Shown here piece after piece: positions 8,730 through 18,545 of a stretch of DNA of 64,000 bases; positions within the stretch are counted from its first letter, which is position 1; each line of letters starts with the position of its first letter. This stretch comes from Sedimentisphaeraceae bacterium JB056 (GTDB taxonomy: Bacteria; Planctomycetota; Phycisphaerae; Sedimentisphaerales; Sedimentisphaeraceae). Location: contig JBITAJ010000004.1 of assembly GCA_044440125.1 (NCBI GenBank), positions 64,001 to 128,000 on the forward strand. Direction: 5' to 3'. A program made the position numbers and the translations under genes. The notes beneath the pieces were generated by a model, which did not search any database, was not told the origin of the DNA, and worked only from the letters and a program-made list of their open reading frames with translations.

Positions 8730-11315
8730 TCAGTAACCACACGAACATATTCCATATGCATAATTTTCAAGTCTGTGAAAAGTTATCCGATTGGCATTGT
8801 GATAACTGTCTGCACCATCATAAGCGGTTCTGGACAAATATATAATATCTTCTCCATCAAATTCCCAATCAACATACTGAAATCCTGAATAATCAATAGA
8901 ATCGTCCCAAGACATAATCGAATTGTCTTGTATCAATGTTAACACATATCTCCAGTTTTTAAGATCTGCAGAAGCAATCAACGAAAGAGTGTTCCTCTGC
9001 TGAGGCTCATTCAGATCAGTATTATTATTCACAATTGCAAGACTCAAACCTGTAATAGAATCATGTTTAACCGCAAACTTATGCATACCTCCAAGCATGT
9101 CAATAAAACCGCTATCAGGCCCATCTACATCCCATAACAAGGTTCGACCATCACTACTTAAACTTAACAAAGCTGCTTTTTCAGTTGTAGGATACGAATT
9201 AAACCGCTCCAGCAACCAGATTTGTCCATCTGCGTCTACGGTCACACTGCCTTCCAACCAGACAGGTAATGTCGCTCCCCATTCTACAGGAGTATTGCTA
9301 ACATCATATTCCACCTTATTACTCATAACCCAGCTATTTGAACTTAAAAGATCATCGTCTAAACTTGCAGATATAACCAAAGCCTTGAATTTACTGTCAA
9401 GAGTTGTATCTTGATCTTCAAAAGAACGATATACTCTGCCATTATGGATCAATACAGGTACTGAGCCAGTGGTGTAATTTGGTGGAGTTGTGCCAGTCCC
9501 ACAGGAAAATAAAATACCGTTATCGGTACTTGTCCATGTGGCACCTTCATCAGAACTCTTCGAAATCGCTATATCTCCGCCAGGTGAATATACACCAAGT
9601 AAATAAACATCATCGTTATACTCAAACATGCTAGCCCAGTACATATGACTTATTTCAACTGGACTGCTCCATGTCAATCCGCCATCTGTAGAAGAACTTA
9701 CCGCCGTTTTCCATACACTAACTCCATCACCAAAGAAATCATGACTTGCCAATAAATGTCCATTATCAAGAAGAACCAAACTAGGTGAACCATAATAGAC
9801 ATCACTTGTCTGACTTTCTGCAAAAGCTTCAGATATCCATAGACTCTCAGGTTCATCAGGAACCGCAACATTATAGTTCCCCTGTATCTCCTGCAAACAC
9901 AAAGCTCTTCCATAAACCGCAACTTCATCTATCCAACCCCTGAAGAAACTAGTGCTTGCACAATCACGACCTATTTGATCTGTCTGAGAGATAACTGTCC
10001 CGGAACTATAGAGTTCACTGCTAAAACTTACATTTTCAGTACAAACCAGAGAACCATTGACATAAACACGAATCTGATCATTTATAAAATCACTCACACA
10101 AGCTAAATGAACCCACTGATCAAGAGTATTAAAGGACGTATAACAAACCTGATATGAATCTGAAACAGAACTTCTTGCACCAACTTTGATTTTAGTAGCT
10201 CCTGCATAATAGGAAACAAAAATCTCAATACCGGCCTGGGCATCATTAATGCGAGAACAAAAAACAGGCCTGAAAAGAGAATTTGAATCCGGCATATCTG
10301 CACATCGTACCCATCCCTGAACAGTAATACCATTAGAACCATCGAGTAAATTTCTCATTCCAGTTCCCAAATCAACACCGCTGGCATTACCATTAAACCA
10401 AGCTGCCTTTTCATCAATCCCCGCATTTACAATGGAAACATCACCATCATAATACGAAGTCAGTATATTTTTTATACTATCTCTTGCAATAGCGTCATCA
10501 ATACTTTTAGAATCATCAAATTTCCATAAAGCCAGAGGACTATTAATTAGCTGCTCATCTGCAAGGACAGTATCACTTATCCTAACCTCATCAATTATCC
10601 CATCAAAAAAAGAGGAATAGCTTGTTGAAGGAGCCTTAGCTCCAATGGTAAACATAGGATGTTCAAGTAAATCGCTTATTGGATCAGCAGAAAAAACTGT
10701 ACTATCAGAACTTCCGTTAACTCTTACAACGGCTTCTTCAGTTAAAGAATCGTAAGAATATGCAAGGTGATAAACTACACCTGTACTCAACGGCACACTC
10801 GAAGTAACTGTAAGCCATGAACCATCTGATGCTCTTGATACACCTTCTGCATAAGTATAACTATTTTCAGTCCTTAGCCTTATAGCATAATTCCAGTAAT
10901 TCGCATAAGTTCCGGATCGGTCACATAGTGATACCACATAACTGGCATAACTATAACCTTCAGCCGGCAATGCTGAAATTTTAACAAAAGCTTCCACCGT
11001 AAAATCTGAAGAGACAAGTGCCGCACTATCTGTTTCAGGAGTGTAACCATTAATGAAGGAACAGACATCACCGGGTGATACAGAACTGAATAGTAAAGCA
11101 CTATTGCCGCATATACCGGTAGTCCACTGCGGATCCATCCAGTCACTTGTACTGGTACCTCTTACAAAATTAGAACTTACGAGTCCTGTTTCATCAGTTA
11201 AAGATTGTCCACTGCCTTCATCGAACTTCCAGAATGCCAATGTATCAGCATAAGAATTGATACCACTAAACGCAACTAAAACTAAAATTATAAACGTAAT
11301 AAATCTAACAACCAT
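8730..11315 (-). CDS. Secreted 2xLamG + BNR/Asp-box sialidase-like beta-propeller
   Basis: Likely start MVVRF at 11315 (SD GAGGA); signal peptide; Asp boxes SSTDGGLTW, SSDEGATW, SADLKNW. Confidence 0.8.
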   Translation of the reverse strand: MVVRFITFIILVLVAFSGINSYADTLAFWKFDEGSGQSLTDETGLVSSNFVRGTSTSDWMDPQWTTGICGNSALLFSSVSPGDVCSFINGYTPETDSAALVSSDFTVEAFVKISALPAEGYSYASYVVSLCDRSGTYANYWNYAIRLRTENSYTYAEGVSRASDGSWLTVTSSVPLSTGVVYHLAYSYDSLTEEAVVRVNGSSDSTVFSADPISDLLEHPMFTIGAKAPSTSYSSFFDGIIDEVRISDTVLADEQLINSPLALWKFDDSKSIDDAIARDSIKNILTSYYDGDVSIVNAGIDEKAAWFNGNASGVDLGTGMRNLLDGSNGITVQGWVRCADMPDSNSLFRPVFCSRINDAQAGIEIFVSYYAGATKIKVGARSSVSDSYQVCYTSFNTLDQWVHLACVSDFINDQIRVYVNGSLVCTENVSFSSELYSSGTVISQTDQIGRDCASTSFFRGWIDEVAVYGRALCLQEIQGNYNVAVPDEPESLWISEAFAESQTSDVYYGSPSLVLLDNGHLLASHDFFGDGVSVWKTAVSSSTDGGLTWSSPVEISHMYWASMFEYNDDVYLLGVYSPGGDIAISKSSDEGATWTSTDNGILFSCGTGTTPPNYTTGSVPVLIHNGRVYRSFEDQDTTLDSKFKALVISASLDDDLLSSNSWVMSNKVEYDVSNTPVEWGATLPVWLEGSVTVDADGQIWLLERFNSYPTTEKAALLSLSSDGRTLLWDVDGPDSGFIDMLGGMHKFAVKHDSITGLSLAIVNNNTDLNEPQQRNTLSLIASADLKNWRYVLTLIQDNSIMSWDDSIDYSGFQYVDWEFDGEDIIYLSRTAYDGADSYHNANRITFHRLENYAYGICSCGY

Positions 11316-11394
11316 AATATCCTCGATAAAAAGAAACAACACATTTATTCCTTTAAGATAGTTATGAAATTGACGTTGTTTTCGCAGAATCATA

Positions 11395-13377
11395 CTATCT
11401 CTCATTAAACCAATATATTGCAAATTCAGAAAAATCTTCAAAATCAACATTACAGTCAAAATTAAAATCCATTACAGAGTAACCTGCTCCCCCACATGCA
11501 AAAATAGATTCTGTATAATTTTGAAGTCTATGAAATGTTATACGATTGGCATCATGATAGTTAACAGCTCCATCATATGCTGTTCTTGAAAGATAAATTA
11601 TATCATCACCGTCAAACTGCCAATCTATATACTGGAAACCAACATATGCAACAGATTCATCCCACGAAACTATAGAATTATCCTGAATCAAAGTCTTTAC
11701 ATACTTCCAATTCCTGAGATCTTCAGACGCAATAAGCGATAATGTATTTCTCTGTTGAGGATAATTGCTATCAGTGTTGTTATTGACTATTGAAAGAAAT
11801 AAACCGGTTGCAGGATCATGCCTAATAGCAAATTTATGCATAGCTCCCGGCATATCAATAAAACCACCTTCAGAATCATCTACATTCCATGAAAGAGTTT
11901 TGCCGTCATTAGAAAGTTTCAGCAAAGCCGCCTTACCGGTCATTGGGTAGGAGTTAAATCGCTCCACAACCCATATATTACCATTCGCATCCGCAACAGT
12001 GCTTCCTTCAAGCCAAACCGGCAGCGTTGCCCCCCATTCTTCAGGAGTATCAGCAATATCATATATAACCTTGTTACTCATAGTCCAGTTAGCAGCGTCA
12101 AGCAAATCACTGCTTAAGTCTGCTGAAATAACTAACGCCTTAAACTTACTATCCAAAGCTTCGTCTTTATCTTCAAATGAACGATAAATCCTTCCATTAT
12201 GGAATAAAACAGATACCGAACCTGTCGTATAACATGAATCTTCTACGGGAAACAAGTAACCATTTTTACTACTGTAGGGTATAGTCCAAGTTACTCCCTC
12301 GTCAAGACTCTTGGATATAACAATACTACCGCCAGGTGAATATACACCAAGTAAATAAACAACACCACTATATTCAAACATACTGGCCCAAAACATATGA
12401 TTAACATAGACAGGACTGCTCCATGTTAATCCGCCATCAATTGAACGACTGACTGATGTTTTCCATTCAGTGACTCCATCACCAAAAAAATCGTGACTTG
12501 CCACAATATGACCGTTATCAAGACTGACCAAGCTCGGTGAGCCATAGAACACGTCACTTTCCTGACTTGCTGGAAATGCTTCTGAAACCCATAATCCTGT
12601 TGGTTCAGACGGCACTACCGCGTTGTAGTGCTCCTGTATTTCCTGCAAACTCAAAGCTTTGTCATAAACAGCAACTTCATCAATCCATCCTCGAAAATAA
12701 TTCGTAAGCCCGCAATCTCTACCAATCTGATCACTTTGGGAATAAACATTCCCAGGTTTATAAAAATCACTGTTAAAATTAACCGATGCTGTTTTAACAA
12801 GTAAACCGTTAACATAGATACGAATTTCATCATTAATCAAATCACTGATACAGACAAGATGACACCATTGGTCTATAGCTGTAAATGGAGCCAAAACAAG
12901 CTGATAACTATCAGAAACATCACTTCTTGCTCCAACCCTTATTTCTGCACTATTTCCATTAAAAGAGAGCAAGACTTCAAAACCTGCTTGTGCATCATTA
13001 ATACGAGAGCATAATAGCGGTCTGAAAGTAGAAACTTCTGTAGGTAAATCTGCTATTCTTATCCAACCTTCAACAGTTATCGCATTCGAACCGTTTAATA
13101 AACCGCGTAAAGGGATTCCTAAGTCAATGCCACCATCATGTCCATTAAACCATGCAGTCATGCCATCAACTCCGCCCTCAACGATTGATATATCGCCATC
13201 ATAAAAAGATGATGGCGATATATTATCTATACTATCTCTGGCTACAGCGTCATCAACACTCGAATTATCATTAAATCGCCACCATGTCAGCGGATTATCT
13301 GATAATACCTGAGTCTGATAAGACGCACTTACCAACGTAGTAAAAAACAGAAATGTTATTAGCCGTAACTTATTCAA
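11395..13377 (-). CDS. Secreted LamG + BNR sialidase-like propeller with dockerin-like tail
   Basis: Close paralogue of the C-terminal two-thirds of 8730..11315; ends CGGAGYSVMDFNFDCNVDFEDF..W. Confidence 0.8.
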   Translation of the reverse strand: MNKLRLITFLFFTTLVSASYQTQVLSDNPLTWWRFNDNSSVDDAVARDSIDNISPSSFYDGDISIVEGGVDGMTAWFNGHDGGIDLGIPLRGLLNGSNAITVEGWIRIADLPTEVSTFRPLLCSRINDAQAGFEVLLSFNGNSAEIRVGARSDVSDSYQLVLAPFTAIDQWCHLVCISDLINDEIRIYVNGLLVKTASVNFNSDFYKPGNVYSQSDQIGRDCGLTNYFRGWIDEVAVYDKALSLQEIQEHYNAVVPSEPTGLWVSEAFPASQESDVFYGSPSLVSLDNGHIVASHDFFGDGVTEWKTSVSRSIDGGLTWSSPVYVNHMFWASMFEYSGVVYLLGVYSPGGSIVISKSLDEGVTWTIPYSSKNGYLFPVEDSCYTTGSVSVLFHNGRIYRSFEDKDEALDSKFKALVISADLSSDLLDAANWTMSNKVIYDIADTPEEWGATLPVWLEGSTVADANGNIWVVERFNSYPMTGKAALLKLSNDGKTLSWNVDDSEGGFIDMPGAMHKFAIRHDPATGLFLSIVNNNTDSNYPQQRNTLSLIASEDLRNWKYVKTLIQDNSIVSWDESVAYVGFQYIDWQFDGDDIIYLSRTAYDGAVNYHDANRITFHRLQNYTESIFACGGAGYSVMDFNFDCNVDFEDFSEFAIYWFNER

Positions 13378-13408
13378 AGATAGCCCTTTATCAAATCAGT
13401 TAAATTGT

Positions 13409-14329
13409 TTAATACTGCAGACAACTTGAATCATAAGGAATAGTACAAACCATCCACTGAGCTGCAAATTCTGCAAAATCTTCAAAATCAACAACACAAT
13501 CCTGATTAAAGTCCATCCTGTCATAACCGGCTGCACCACACTGATAAGAAAGCATTTCTTCGGTGGTTAAAACAGTATCACTGATTCTTACCTCATCTAT
13601 GACACCATCAAAAAATGCCGAATAACTTGTTGATGGAGCTCTTGCTCCAATAGTAAACATAGGATGTTCGAGAGCACTGCTTATAGGCGCCGCAGTAAAA
13701 GTTGTAGTATCAGACTGACCATCAACCCACATCTTGGCTTCATTTGTTGCTGCATCATATGTGTATGCAAGATAATAACTCACTCCTGTTTCAAGTTCAA
13801 CACTGGAAGTTATTGTAGGCCAGGAACCATCCAACGCTCTGGATACACCCTCGGCATATGTAACACCATTATCTGTTCTCAAACGTATAGCATAATTCCA
13901 ATAGCTGGCGTATGTACCGGATCGGTCACACAATGACACTACATATCGAGCCGCACTATATCCTTCTTCAGGAGCAGTTTCCATGTTTATAAAAGCCTCA
14001 ACAGTAAAACTTGAAGCTACCAACGCGAAACTTGCCAGTTCAGGATCATATCCGTTTACAAACGAACACACTTCACCGTAAGGAAATGCTGTAATAACAT
14101 TAAAATCCAATGCGTAATCACCACGTATACCATCAGTCCACTCCGGATCCATCCAATCACTTGCACTGGTTCCTCTTATAAATTCAGGAATAGTATTACT
14201 GCTCTGGTCAGAGAGAAGTTGCCCGGTTCCTTCTTCAAAACCCCAATAGCCCAATGTATCACCATTAAGCGACATATTTACCAAAAATACAACAATCAAA
14301 CAACTCAACATCATTAATTTTGTTTTCAT
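13409..14329 (-). CDS. Secreted single-LamG protein with dockerin-like tail
   Basis: Likely start MKTKL at 14329 (SD GGAG); FFDGVIDEVRISD; CGAAGYDRMDFNQDCVVDFEDF. Confidence 0.8.
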   Translation of the reverse strand: MKTKLMMLSCLIVVFLVNMSLNGDTLGYWGFEEGTGQLLSDQSSNTIPEFIRGTSASDWMDPEWTDGIRGDYALDFNVITAFPYGEVCSFVNGYDPELASFALVASSFTVEAFINMETAPEEGYSAARYVVSLCDRSGTYASYWNYAIRLRTDNGVTYAEGVSRALDGSWPTITSSVELETGVSYYLAYTYDAATNEAKMWVDGQSDTTTFTAAPISSALEHPMFTIGARAPSTSYSAFFDGVIDEVRISDTVLTTEEMLSYQCGAAGYDRMDFNQDCVVDFEDFAEFAAQWMVCTIPYDSSCLQY

Positions 14330-14369
14330 AATTACTCCATAAAAATTAGTTAAAGGCATAAAATATTTT

Positions 14370-15989
14370 TTAGTATAAATTGCGGTCACTAAGCCAATTG
14401 CTCAAGAATTCATTAAGATCTGCTGCATCAACCACACAATCCTTATTAAAATCCATAGGCGAATAACCCCAATATCCGCAAGTATGTGAAAGCAGTTTCT
14501 CATCAGGCAAGGCAACACGACTGATTCGAACCTCATCTATAACACCATCAAAGAAAGCGGAATAACTTGTAGAAGGAGCCCTCGCACCTATAGTAAACAT
14601 AGGATGTTCAAGAGCATTGCTTATAGGAGCAGCAGTGAAAGTAACAGTATCTTCATGCCCATCGACCCATATTGATGCTTCATTAGTTGTCTCATCATAA
14701 GTATAAGCAACATAATAGTCGACTCCACTATCCAATGATACTGTTGAAGTTACAGTCGGCCAGGAACCATCCAAAGCTCTGGAAACACCCTCAACATAGG
14801 TATTCCCATTTTCTGTCCTGACTCTTATTGAATAGTTCCAGTAGCTCGCATAAGTACCTGATCGATCACATAGCGAAACAACATAACGAGTGTAACTGAA
14901 ACCCTCAGCTGGAAGAGAATTCATATTAATATAGGCTTCAACGGTAAAGCTTGAACTTACTAAATCTGCACTATCAGCCTCAGGAGTATAACCGTTTATA
15001 AACGAACATACATCTCCGTACGGAAATTCTGCAGTTGCTTCAAAGCTAAGAGCATGATCCCCTTTAATCCCAGTGGTCCATTGCGGATCCATCCAGTCAC
15101 TGGCACTTGTTCCTCTTATGAAGTCAAAACTCGCATCCCCAATCTCGTCAACAGGATACTGCCCAACACCTTCATCAAACTTCCAATAAGCAATTATATC
15201 AGGATCATTTAGCTCACTACTCTGATAAAGAAGTTCAGCCTCGGAGAGAGCAGTGTCACTGATTCTTACTTCATCTATAACACCATTCATAAATCCTTTA
15301 GGAACTTCACCCGGTGATTTCGCACCAATAGTCAGGTATGGATGCTCATATACATTATATGGATCCATAGTAAGAGTTTGTGAGGTTGCACGACTGTTTA
15401 CCCTGATAGTCGCCTCTTTCGTAGCTTGGTTATAAGAAAAAGCAACATAATACGTAGTATTTGCTCTGATAGGAACCACAGATGTTATCGTAGGATACTG
15501 GCCGCCGACATTGGTAAAATACCCTTCTGCATAAGTAACGCCACTATCTGTTCTCAATCTGATCGCATAATTTGCCCAGCCGGCACAATAACCGTCAGCA
15601 TTTTCGGCACGGTTAAACAGTGATACTACATGATAGCCTGCATCGTAGCCTTCTTCCGGCAATACAGATACATTGAAGTATGCCTCTACGGTAAAACTTG
15701 TAGCAAGAAAATCAGAACTCAGAACTTCAGGATCATCAATATCTGCGAAACTGCACCATTGCCCTTCACTGTACTCTATTGCGCTATCACCTATAAGACC
15801 CTGCGACCATGATGGATCATTTGCATCACTTATGTCTATTCCTCTGACCAAATCATAAGAATTACTGATCTCACTTGCAATTTCCTGCCCACTTCCTTCT
15901 TCAAATTTCCAGTAAGATAAAGTACCGGCCTTTAAGACTGAAATACAAAGAAGAAACATAACCATACAAACACAATTGAATTTTGACAT
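14370..15989 (-). CDS. Secreted 2xLamG protein with dockerin-like tail
   Basis: Likely start MSKFN at 15989; two YWKF(E/D)EG...GVIDEVRIS repeats; CGYWGYSPMDFNKDCVVD. Confidence 0.8.
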   Translation of the reverse strand: MSKFNCVCMVMFLLCISVLKAGTLSYWKFEEGSGQEIASEISNSYDLVRGIDISDANDPSWSQGLIGDSAIEYSEGQWCSFADIDDPEVLSSDFLATSFTVEAYFNVSVLPEEGYDAGYHVVSLFNRAENADGYCAGWANYAIRLRTDSGVTYAEGYFTNVGGQYPTITSVVPIRANTTYYVAFSYNQATKEATIRVNSRATSQTLTMDPYNVYEHPYLTIGAKSPGEVPKGFMNGVIDEVRISDTALSEAELLYQSSELNDPDIIAYWKFDEGVGQYPVDEIGDASFDFIRGTSASDWMDPQWTTGIKGDHALSFEATAEFPYGDVCSFINGYTPEADSADLVSSSFTVEAYINMNSLPAEGFSYTRYVVSLCDRSGTYASYWNYSIRVRTENGNTYVEGVSRALDGSWPTVTSTVSLDSGVDYYVAYTYDETTNEASIWVDGHEDTVTFTAAPISNALEHPMFTIGARAPSTSYSAFFDGVIDEVRISRVALPDEKLLSHTCGYWGYSPMDFNKDCVVDAADLNEFLSNWLSDRNLY

Positions 15990-16123
15990 AATTGCCCCCG
16001 AATTAAATTTTAACAATTATACATTTGTTACTCTGCGCGCACATTCTCCGCAGAACATTAAAATGAATATTCTTATAGAATTTGATTATTTCAGATTAAG
16101 CAATGAACTAAAAGATTAATATA

Positions 16124-17131
16124 TTAAGATTCACCCTCTACAAGTTTGGGCTCAACCGTTATACTTATACTTCTATCCACATTAGGTGCCTGAATTCTCC
16201 AGATCAGCAACTGTACAACCTGTTGTAGCATCACCTCTGCACCTATGTCAATTGTAGCCGGACGCGGATATAATCCAACTCTAAATCTCATGTCATTATC
16301 GCATCCAAGTATTTCTACGTCTTTGCCTATTTTCACACCATACTTAAGAAGAAGTCTGTAAACTATCGCAACCTGCAGATCAATGGGTACAAACAATCCG
16401 GTAGGTTTATTCTGTGATTCTACAAATTTTCGAACCAATATTTCAAGACGAGCTTCAAGCTCTTCGGTAGAAGTCGTCTTATTTGCTCCGGATTCATCCT
16501 CATAAATATAATTCTCTATTTCAACACCGGCTTTTTTAGCAAGAATGTCAAAATAAGCACACCTGCTTACAACTGCCGGATTATCAAAATAAGCATTGAT
16601 TAATCCAATCCGTTTGTGATTACGCTCAATGAAATAATCCACAGCTAACTGACCAACATCCTTATTACCAGGCAGAACAACATCACCCTCTTTTTCATAT
16701 CTTGAATTAAGCCATACCTTAGGATAACCCTCAAGCATATCAAGAACTTTAAAATTGGGATGATGACCAGCAAGAATAAGCCCAGACACACTGCCATTCG
16801 TTATTTCAAGAGGAATTTCGTCAGTATTGGATAAATCAAACCTCAACAGTTGAATATCTCGATCTTTGAGCTCTTGTTCTATCCTGTCAAACCTTTCACT
16901 TCTTGTAGAAAACACCCGGTCAATAGGGTCACAGCTAAGAGTAATAGCCGCTACAGTCACAGAAGACTTACTTGTCTGATTTTTCTTCTGTCGAGGCTTA
17001 TAATTAATGGCTTTTGCAGCCTCTTTTACGCTCTGCACATGATCTTCGCTGACACCAGGACACCCATTTAATACACGGGACACAGTTGCCTGAGAAACGT
17101 TCGCTAATTTTGCTATTTTCATCATTGACAT
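16124..17131 (-). CDS. LacI-family transcriptional regulator
   Basis: IAKLANVSQATVSRVLN HTH; paralogue of 3048..4067. Confidence 0.92.
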   Translation of the reverse strand: MSMMKIAKLANVSQATVSRVLNGCPGVSEDHVQSVKEAAKAINYKPRQKKNQTSKSSVTVAAITLSCDPIDRVFSTRSERFDRIEQELKDRDIQLLRFDLSNTDEIPLEITNGSVSGLILAGHHPNFKVLDMLEGYPKVWLNSRYEKEGDVVLPGNKDVGQLAVDYFIERNHKRIGLINAYFDNPAVVSRCAYFDILAKKAGVEIENYIYEDESGANKTTSTEELEARLEILVRKFVESQNKPTGLFVPIDLQVAIVYRLLLKYGVKIGKDVEILGCDNDMRFRVGLYPRPATIDIGAEVMLQQVVQLLIWRIQAPNVDRSISITVEPKLVEGES

Positions 17132-17137
17132 AACATC

Positions 17138-17165
17138 ATAATAACAAAACCAAAATCAATGTCAA
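17138..17165 (-). promoter_or_regulatory. sigma70 promoter for a probably leaderless lacI transcript
   Basis: TTGACA, 16-nt spacer ending TGT, TATTAT, then 6 nt to the ATG at 17131. Confidence 0.6.
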
Positions 17166-17500
17166 TATTATTATTCTGAATAATTCATCATTATTTACAA
17201 ACAAATCACACAAAAACAGCCACATCAACCACAAAGTCTTTATTTACAGTTTTTTACAAACATAACTCCTCGTAAACTGCCTATAAAACATTTCTATAAA
17301 ACGCAATAAGCTTCTTAAGCCAATTAACAACTAAAAACAAGAACAATACACTTAAACCATTACAATTAAGAATTTTAAGTAAAAAAAACAACTAAAACGA
17401 TAAACTTTAATTGACCACAAATACAATCGACAAAAGAATAATACCTGCATAAAAACTCAATACTATTCAGAAATATTCAGAAAACAACAAGATTTTATTC

Positions 17501-17530
17501 TTGACTTCCTAATCATGTCAATGCTATAAT
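17501..17530 (+). promoter_or_regulatory. sigma70 promoter for the pilin-like/VCBS genes
   Basis: TTGACT, 18-nt spacer ending TGC, TATAAT; upstream TATTCAGAAA tandem repeat (17464-17483) may be an operator. Confidence 0.6.
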
Positions 17531-17578
17531 CAGTCCTACGTTACTTAAGGTTTTACTCAATTTGTGATTGGAAGAAAA

Positions 17579-18505
17579 ATGTTAAATAAAAACACTCACT
17601 ATAAACACCCTGCCGCATTCACGTTAATAGAACTCCTCGTAGTTATTTCTATAATAGCTCTGTTAATGGCTATAATGATGCCAACACTTAGCAGTGCAAG
17701 AAACCAGGCAAAAGTAGTAACCTGCAAAGCCAACTCCAAACAAATAGCAACACTCGTGAACCTGTATCAAACTGACTGGGAAGGTTACGCTCCTGTTGTC
17801 CTTAATTTATGGTCTCTTCCTTATGCTCCACCTAAAGGTGTAAACCTTTCCGTTGCATTAATGGATTACACAGATATCAAACTCCCAGGGACTTGGAATA
17901 TAAATGACTTTTTCTTTGGCGGACCTGGTCGCGTATCAGAATATTATGAGGAATATTTACCTAAATATTTCGTATGCCCTTGCAACCGAGGCAAAGAATA
18001 TAATGCAGATCAACACTGGAAAGAAAGCGGAAGTATATCAATTGCCGGACAAAGATACAAAACATACATAATGTCAACCTTCACTGAAACATACGGAACA
18101 TTTCTTTGGCCAAAAGAAAAAAATGACGAAATTTGCAGTTTGGGAACAAGTGAAGAAGATGGTATACGTAAACACGGAGTTCTTAACTGGTGGAATCATC
18201 AAACAGCACCAAAATCAGGTAGCAACCTAAGCCCTTTAAGCAACTATTCCGCTCTTACCCCCGTAAGATGGTCAACACGAGAGGTAAAAGAAACAAATGC
18301 CTCTTCACTCGGTGACGCAACAATATTTTATTGCGGAGCAGGTGAATTTCTCGGTTCAGATGGAACTGCAAGTTCAAACGGCAACACTGGCGTATCCATA
18401 ATGAATCCGGGCCAGCATAAAACAGGCAGCTCTGGAGGTACTATAGCCGCATTCGGCGACATGCATATAGAATGGGTTAAAGGCACCAGAATCGGCGACA
18501 AATAA
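17579..18505 (+). CDS. Prepilin-type N-terminal cleavage/methylation protein (DUF1559-like)
   Basis: [30 protein letters not shown]-terminal H...GGTIAAFGDMHIEW. Confidence 0.88.
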   Translation: MLNKNTHYKHPAAFTLIELLVVISIIALLMAIMMPTLSSARNQAKVVTCKANSKQIATLVNLYQTDWEGYAPVVLNLWSLPYAPPKGVNLSVALMDYTDIKLPGTWNINDFFFGGPGRVSEYYEEYLPKYFVCPCNRGKEYNADQHWKESGSISIAGQRYKTYIMSTFTETYGTFLWPKEKNDEICSLGTSEEDGIRKHGVLNWWNHQTAPKSGSNLSPLSNYSALTPVRWSTREVKETNASSLGDATIFYCGAGEFLGSDGTASSNGNTGVSIMNPGQHKTGSSGGTIAAFGDMHIEWVKGTRIGDK

Positions 18506-18545
18506 CACTCACAGGCATCTGAAAATCTTGACAAAAAGGTACTCC

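Noticed and set aside
8730..16016. Diversity-generating retroelement TR/VR pair among near-identical LamG segments
   Set aside because: No reverse transcriptase; both copies are coding and the differences do not look adenine-specific by eye.
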